DNA from: a virus
Taxonomy: Duplodnaviria; Caudoviricetes
Virus record (IMG/VR): IMGVR_UViG_3300025751_000132
Location: 1 to 25,313 of that record
Direction: 5' to 3' (one strand)
Length of the DNA stretch: 25,313 bases
Shown here: positions 25,061 to 25,313 of the stretch, piece by piece
Position numbering within the stretch: the first letter of the stretch is position 1
Layout of the letters: each line of letters starts with the position of its first letter
Notes under the pieces: generated by a model
Told to the model about the DNA's origin: nothing
What the model saw: the letters and a program-made list of their open reading frames with translations, nothing else
Databases searched by the model: none
Translations under genes and position numbers: made by a program

Positions 25061-25313
25061 TCTTTTCCGTGTGCTTGACGACCTGATACTCGGGCGTGAC
25101 AGGATGTACAAAGCCCTCTAATGGTCTCGATGTCGTAGAATCTATCGTCCTCTCCAGGGCGCATTCGCACGGGAATGATGTGGTCGGCAACGGTGGCTGG
25201 GATGAGTTTTCCAAGCCTCTCGCATAGGACGCACAAAGGGTCTCGGAGCAGGACGAGTTTTCGAGTCCGTTGCCATTGCTTCGTATGGTATCGTGGATCG
25301 GGTTCTCGCAGTC
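25057..25313 (-). CDS. Packaging-associated HNH endonuclease (HK97 gp74-like), 5'-truncated by the window edge
   Basis: Manual translation: ...RYHTKQWQRTRKLVLLRDPLCVLCE...VADHIIP...FYDIETIRGLCTSCHARVSGRQAHGKE*. Stop overlaps the TerL ATG. Absent from the ORF track. Confidence 0.9.
   Translation of the reverse strand, partial: LREPDPRYHTKQWQRTRKLVLLRDPLCVLCERLGKLIPATVADHIIPVRMRPGEDDRFYDIETIRGLCTSCHARVSGRQAHGKE

Larger units (their letters stand above)
1..25313. mobile_element. Partial genome of an HK97-type siphophage (Caudoviricetes), probably Bacteroidota-infecting
   Basis: Canonical order TerL-portal-protease-capsid-neck-tube-chaperones-tape measure-tail-lysis on the - strand, convergent with a replication module on +. 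No host housekeeping genes. Confidence 0.97.

Noticed and set aside
1-25313. Stop-codon reassignment
   Set aside because: Core genes are full-length under the standard code, and TAA, TGA and TAG all terminate genes.

Overview
About 25 kb of a tailed dsDNA phage (siphovirus with an HK97-type head), most likely infecting a Bacteroidota/Flavobacteriales host. The host is inferred from A-rich translation starts without obvious Shine-Dalgarno motifs and a TAnnTTTG promoter. The + strand (1-6004) carries small early hypothetical genes and a replication module: a stand-alone DnaA domain IV-like protein, an SSB-like protein, a replisome organiser, an SF4 helicase, a possible annealing protein and an XRE HTH regulator. 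The - strand (25313-5961) carries the late genes in order: HNH, TerL, portal, protease, capsid, neck, two tail tube genes, frameshifted G/GT chaperones, tape measure, tail tip/fibres, holins, amidase and VRR-NUC. No integrase, small terminase, primase, tRNA or CRISPR array was seen. The most notable observations are: (i) near-total purging of CCGG (0 found by eye) and CATG (2 found), with both survivors in variable-looking segments; (ii) two diverged, intact tandem tail tube paralogues; (iii) a dockerin/EF-hand-like motif inside a tail protein; (iv) a nested inverted-repeat element before the replication operon; (v) a 23-bp A12 tandem repeat; (vi) a strand-specific RNA hairpin after the capsid gene. 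All family calls come from motif recognition by eye, not database searches.
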